The translations under genes and the position numbers were made by a program. From Camelus dromedarius (lineage: Eukaryota), in assembly GCF_036321535.1 (NCBI RefSeq), contig NC_087436.1:34598001-34662000 (forward strand): DNA of 64,000 nt, in the 5' to 3' direction. This document shows positions 60,341 to 64,000 of the stretch, piece after piece (within the stretch, counting starts at the first letter, position 1; each line of letters begins with the position of its first letter). The notes under the pieces were generated by a model. That model worked only from the letters and a program-made list of their open reading frames with translations. It was not told the DNA's origin and searched no databases.

Positions 60341-63300
60341 AGAAAAGAAAAACTATCCCAGACCTCCACAATATACATCTCACTTGCTAATGCTGTGCCA
60401 CTTGGAAAGGAGGATGGAAAATAGAGTTTTCAACAAGACACCCTAACACCTTGAAAAAAATCTGATCCCATTTGTGAAAAAGGAAAAGAAGAATAGATAT
60501 TTATTATGCAGCTAGCAGTATCCACTTCCTAATCACAGTAGAAGAATTACAGATGCTTTCCAAGATATTCCAGTGCTTCCCTATTAAATCATTCCCTGTC
60601 ATTTTATACATCAAAAGCTATAAGAAAGGAGATCCCTTTTTTTCACTTTTTGATTTTTATCATTCTTTGATTTCTAATTAAAGCTTGTTGCTATAAATTT
60701 ATTACATTTTTATTTAAGAATTAGAAAATGCAAAGAAGTTAAAAGAAAGAAACTAAAAATATCTAAAAATCTACTTATCATAGTGTTATTCAGACATTTA
60801 AATGCAAAGATATAGGGATAAAAACATATTGGCTTTATTCCTTTGATAACTATGTGAGTTTAAGAAGCTAAAGATCTAATCTATTCCTAGAAACAATAAT
60901 TAGTATATATATGTAAACTAAAAAAAAAAGTTCAGTATACTGTATGTATGTATTTACATGCAATATAATGTGTATGTGCAGTCAAACTGTAATAATTCTA
61001 CCTAATAAAACTGAAAAAGTAGAAAAAAAGATACAAAAATCTCAAAAAATATTACATATGGCTATAGCCATCCCCCCTAAATTTTTTTTCATTTAGTGAA
61101 AATCCAGGGAAATACTCCCATATTGTTAAGGAGATAAAAATAATATTTCTGATGCACTTAACTACTTAAATGACTAACCTTACTTGAGAAGATAAAGAAT
61201 ATTCCCCGATTAATAACATAAAAGTCTAAAGAATAAAAATAAGATAAATAAATCAATACTTTCAATACATTATCCTATTTGTTTATATACACAGTTTTCC
61301 CTAAAAATAAATAGCTTTATGTTTTAATAATGTAGAAAGTATATGTTATTTTAAAATACTTACATTTTACCAAAACGCAGTATAAAGAAAGTTTATAGAC
61401 AAATCAAAACTCTTCAACAATTCCATCATTCAACAACAATCACACAGATAACATTTTTGAAGTCAATTTTTTGCTAAGAAATGTTTTTTTAAAACATCTT
61501 AAGAATTACAATAAAAATTTGCAACACATACTATAACCATAATTTATCTTTTTAATTAAAGCAAAGTAATGTTTTATAAACTCTTTCCTTCCTCAAATAA
61601 AAATATTTTTTCTTATATCACTCTCACTTTCTCACAGGACTCATAATAATTCTTTCATACTCTCAAACTCCTCAGATTCTCTTCAGCATTGTTTTGATAG
61701 ATAAGAAGCCTGTCTTGAAAGCATTAAATAGCCAATGCAAATAGTCTTTTTTGATAAGTGAATATTACTCATTTTAATGGCTCTCATCACCACTTATCCT
61801 TAATCCTTCTGACAAAAGCCTGAATACCTATAATTCTCATCTTCTTTCCCTTTCAAAGAGAACATGATAATATAGTCTAGGTCCTATCAAGGTTCTCTTG
61901 ATAGGAATTATTTGATGAATAAATTCTCATATTATGATGCCTGTACATGGCTGACTGTGTATAGATGTATAATTTTGCATTTGAGTAAGAAACCAATGTC
62001 TTCCCCACTCAATTCTCTTTTTTGTACAATTATCTCATAAGTACATTTAGAGTTTTCAGGCTTTGGAGATACTAATAGAAGTAGATTCTCACTTATTCTT
62101 ATCCTTTCACTTCTCTCCTTTCAATGACAATGAAAAAAGCTGGTGAACCACTAGAGTTCTTCATTAATTAGGAAAAATGAATCAGACTTTCCCATTAGGA
62201 GTGTGGCAAAATGTTGTAAAATCCCTAAGGAATCAGAGGTATGTTGCTCTAGAGACAGTTGATACCTTGAGATAAGCCTATCCTTGGCTTATAGATTGCA
62301 TAAAAGTGTTCTAAGAAATGTATTCCTCAGGATGTAGAAGGACAAAGAAAATTAGCAGAATTGACTAAAAGGAAAGGTTTCTTGAAGTATATGCCCACAG
62401 GGATGTGTTTGAAGATAAGGCAGTGTGCATTCCATCTCATTTTTCTAAAGAGATTTGAAATAGGAATAAAAGCCAAGATGACTAAAGAAAATCCCTGCAC
62501 CAGCGTTTGTAAGGGTATAGAAGATTTGAACACCATTATCAACTTGACTTAACATACATAGAACAAGGCACTCAATAACTGCAGAATATAAATTTTTAAA
62601 AAAATACTCCAGCCACGTTCAATGAAATAGGCCATTCGCTATAAGAACAGTTACTGATTTATTTTTTATTTATTTATTTATTTTAGCTATGATCATCAGC
62701 AGAAATGCCTACAGACTTCCTTTACAGTTTTCTGAAATTCTCTCTATATAGATACTTACATAAGATACAATTTTCAACACAACATAAAAACCTCTATTAT
62801 TCTAATCAAAGATACCTGAAATTTCTATTTTCGTGTTTTCTTTCTTCTATCTTTTTTAGGAGAGTGGATACAAATAAATTCAACATTGATGGAGTTTATG
62901 AGTCTTTGGTTGATAGCGAAATGCTCACTTTTTGAAACCAAACCACAATATGATAAAGGGGGAAAAAAACACCAAGGATCCCTAAGAGTCAGAGAAGGTG
63001 AAATACTAACTTAATTGCACCTTAATGCGAAGTGGGCAAGTTACATGAACACAGCCTAGAAAGGGCCTGTATATTATTTTTACCCCTGACTAAGCCTGGC
63101 AAATTCTGCTCTAAGAACTTTCTGCTCCAATTTTCCATATGAATAAACTTACATACTCCAAAGAAATATATAAAGAATGAAGAGCTGAGGATCAAATTCT
63201 TGGAGAATTCATTAAAAATTCCTCCTGTGAATTAGACCATTCCAGTCATTTCCTGATGCTATTCATTTTTTCCACGATCGTTCTGATTGAAAAAAAAATT

Positions 63301-64000
63301 GTATTCACCATGTGTGAAGGCCATTTAAGGCTGTCAAGTAGCAAGCAAATACAAAAATCACTTCCCTATTGATTCTGGGGTTTTTCTCTCATACAGTTTC
63401 TCTGGCTTTGTCCATATCATAAAATAGATAAGTGATGTGAGGAAATTAAGCCAGCTAGATCTCATGGGGAAAAAAAACAATTGAGAGGAAAGAGAAATAA
63501 ACTGGCATGTTTGTGGATTTAAAGATTTAGAGGGGAAAACTACAGTAAGAATAAATGTAGTATAATATACTGCATGACACTAATGATTCTTATGACCATT
63601 CACCAGAAAGAAAAAAAAAAAAAAGGTGCTCAAGAAGAGAAAATATCCAATGTCATAAACACAAGGAATGGAAAATTTATTTAAAATCACTTAGTGTCTC
63701 TATATGACAACAATTATCCCAGAATGTAAGAATATATAGTCTCTCCTCTCCTCTCCCCTGTTAGTCCCCTCATCCAAACTTTAGGTCTTTTACTTATATT
63801 CATTTCCCTCAAACAAAAAAAAAAAGCTGTTCTAAGGGAGGAACTGAATTTATACATAATCTCAGTGTGACATATAGTGAATGCCTTCCCTACATTTAAG
63901 ATTCCTGCAGCTGAAGCATCACCTTGCAACTGATGCCAGATTCTCCTTGTAGTTACATTCATTTTCTTGGTGTTCAAAATAAAATACCCTAATGCCCAGA

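Larger units (their letters stand above)
59605..60525. mobile_element. Old MaLR MLT1 (J/K/L-like) LTR interrupted by two younger insertions
   Basis: 'gattgtgtttagctcc...gggcttatttcatcacataaatagaagttcagg' ... 'atggctgcaagatgact' ... 'gaagaatagatatttattatgcagctagcagta'. Confidence 0.6.

Noticed and set aside
63714..64000. Minus-strand frame 'WALGYFILNT', reminiscent of an NTPDase ACR5 motif
   Set aside because: Only a few residues match, downstream sequence does not fit, and it sits at the window edge.
1..64000. CRISPR arrays, operons, numts, intact proviral genes
   Set aside because: None seen; the sequence is mammalian non-coding DNA.

Overview
AT-rich, CpG-depleted mammalian nuclear DNA. 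Two tRNA-derived SINEs of the camelid vic-1 type and cetartiodactyl-like L1 3' ends suggest a camelid (Camelus/Vicugna/Lama). I could not support any protein-coding gene, RNA gene, CpG-island promoter or consistent exon chain, so the window looks intergenic or like part of a large intron. Most supplied ORFs are chance frames or decayed repeat sequence. Much of the window is interspersed repeats (L1 of several ages, L2, MIR, MaLR/ERV1 LTRs, hAT and Tigger DNA transposons, microsatellites). Family names come from memory of consensus sequences, boundaries are approximate, and both need RepeatMasker/Dfam confirmation. I found no convincing new biological system. The most notable structures are: a 63-bp inverted copy (46291-46353 vs 50939-51001) exactly where an L1 is truncated; a ~280-bp orphan polyadenylated insert with a target-site duplication (TSD) inside an MLT1 LTR (59717-59995); a ~96-bp direct duplication 46 kb apart that keeps a splice-donor-like motif (14652 vs 60829); six same-strand GTAAACA forkhead motifs at 17.2-18.4 kb; and a ~2.4-kb hAT transposase fossil.
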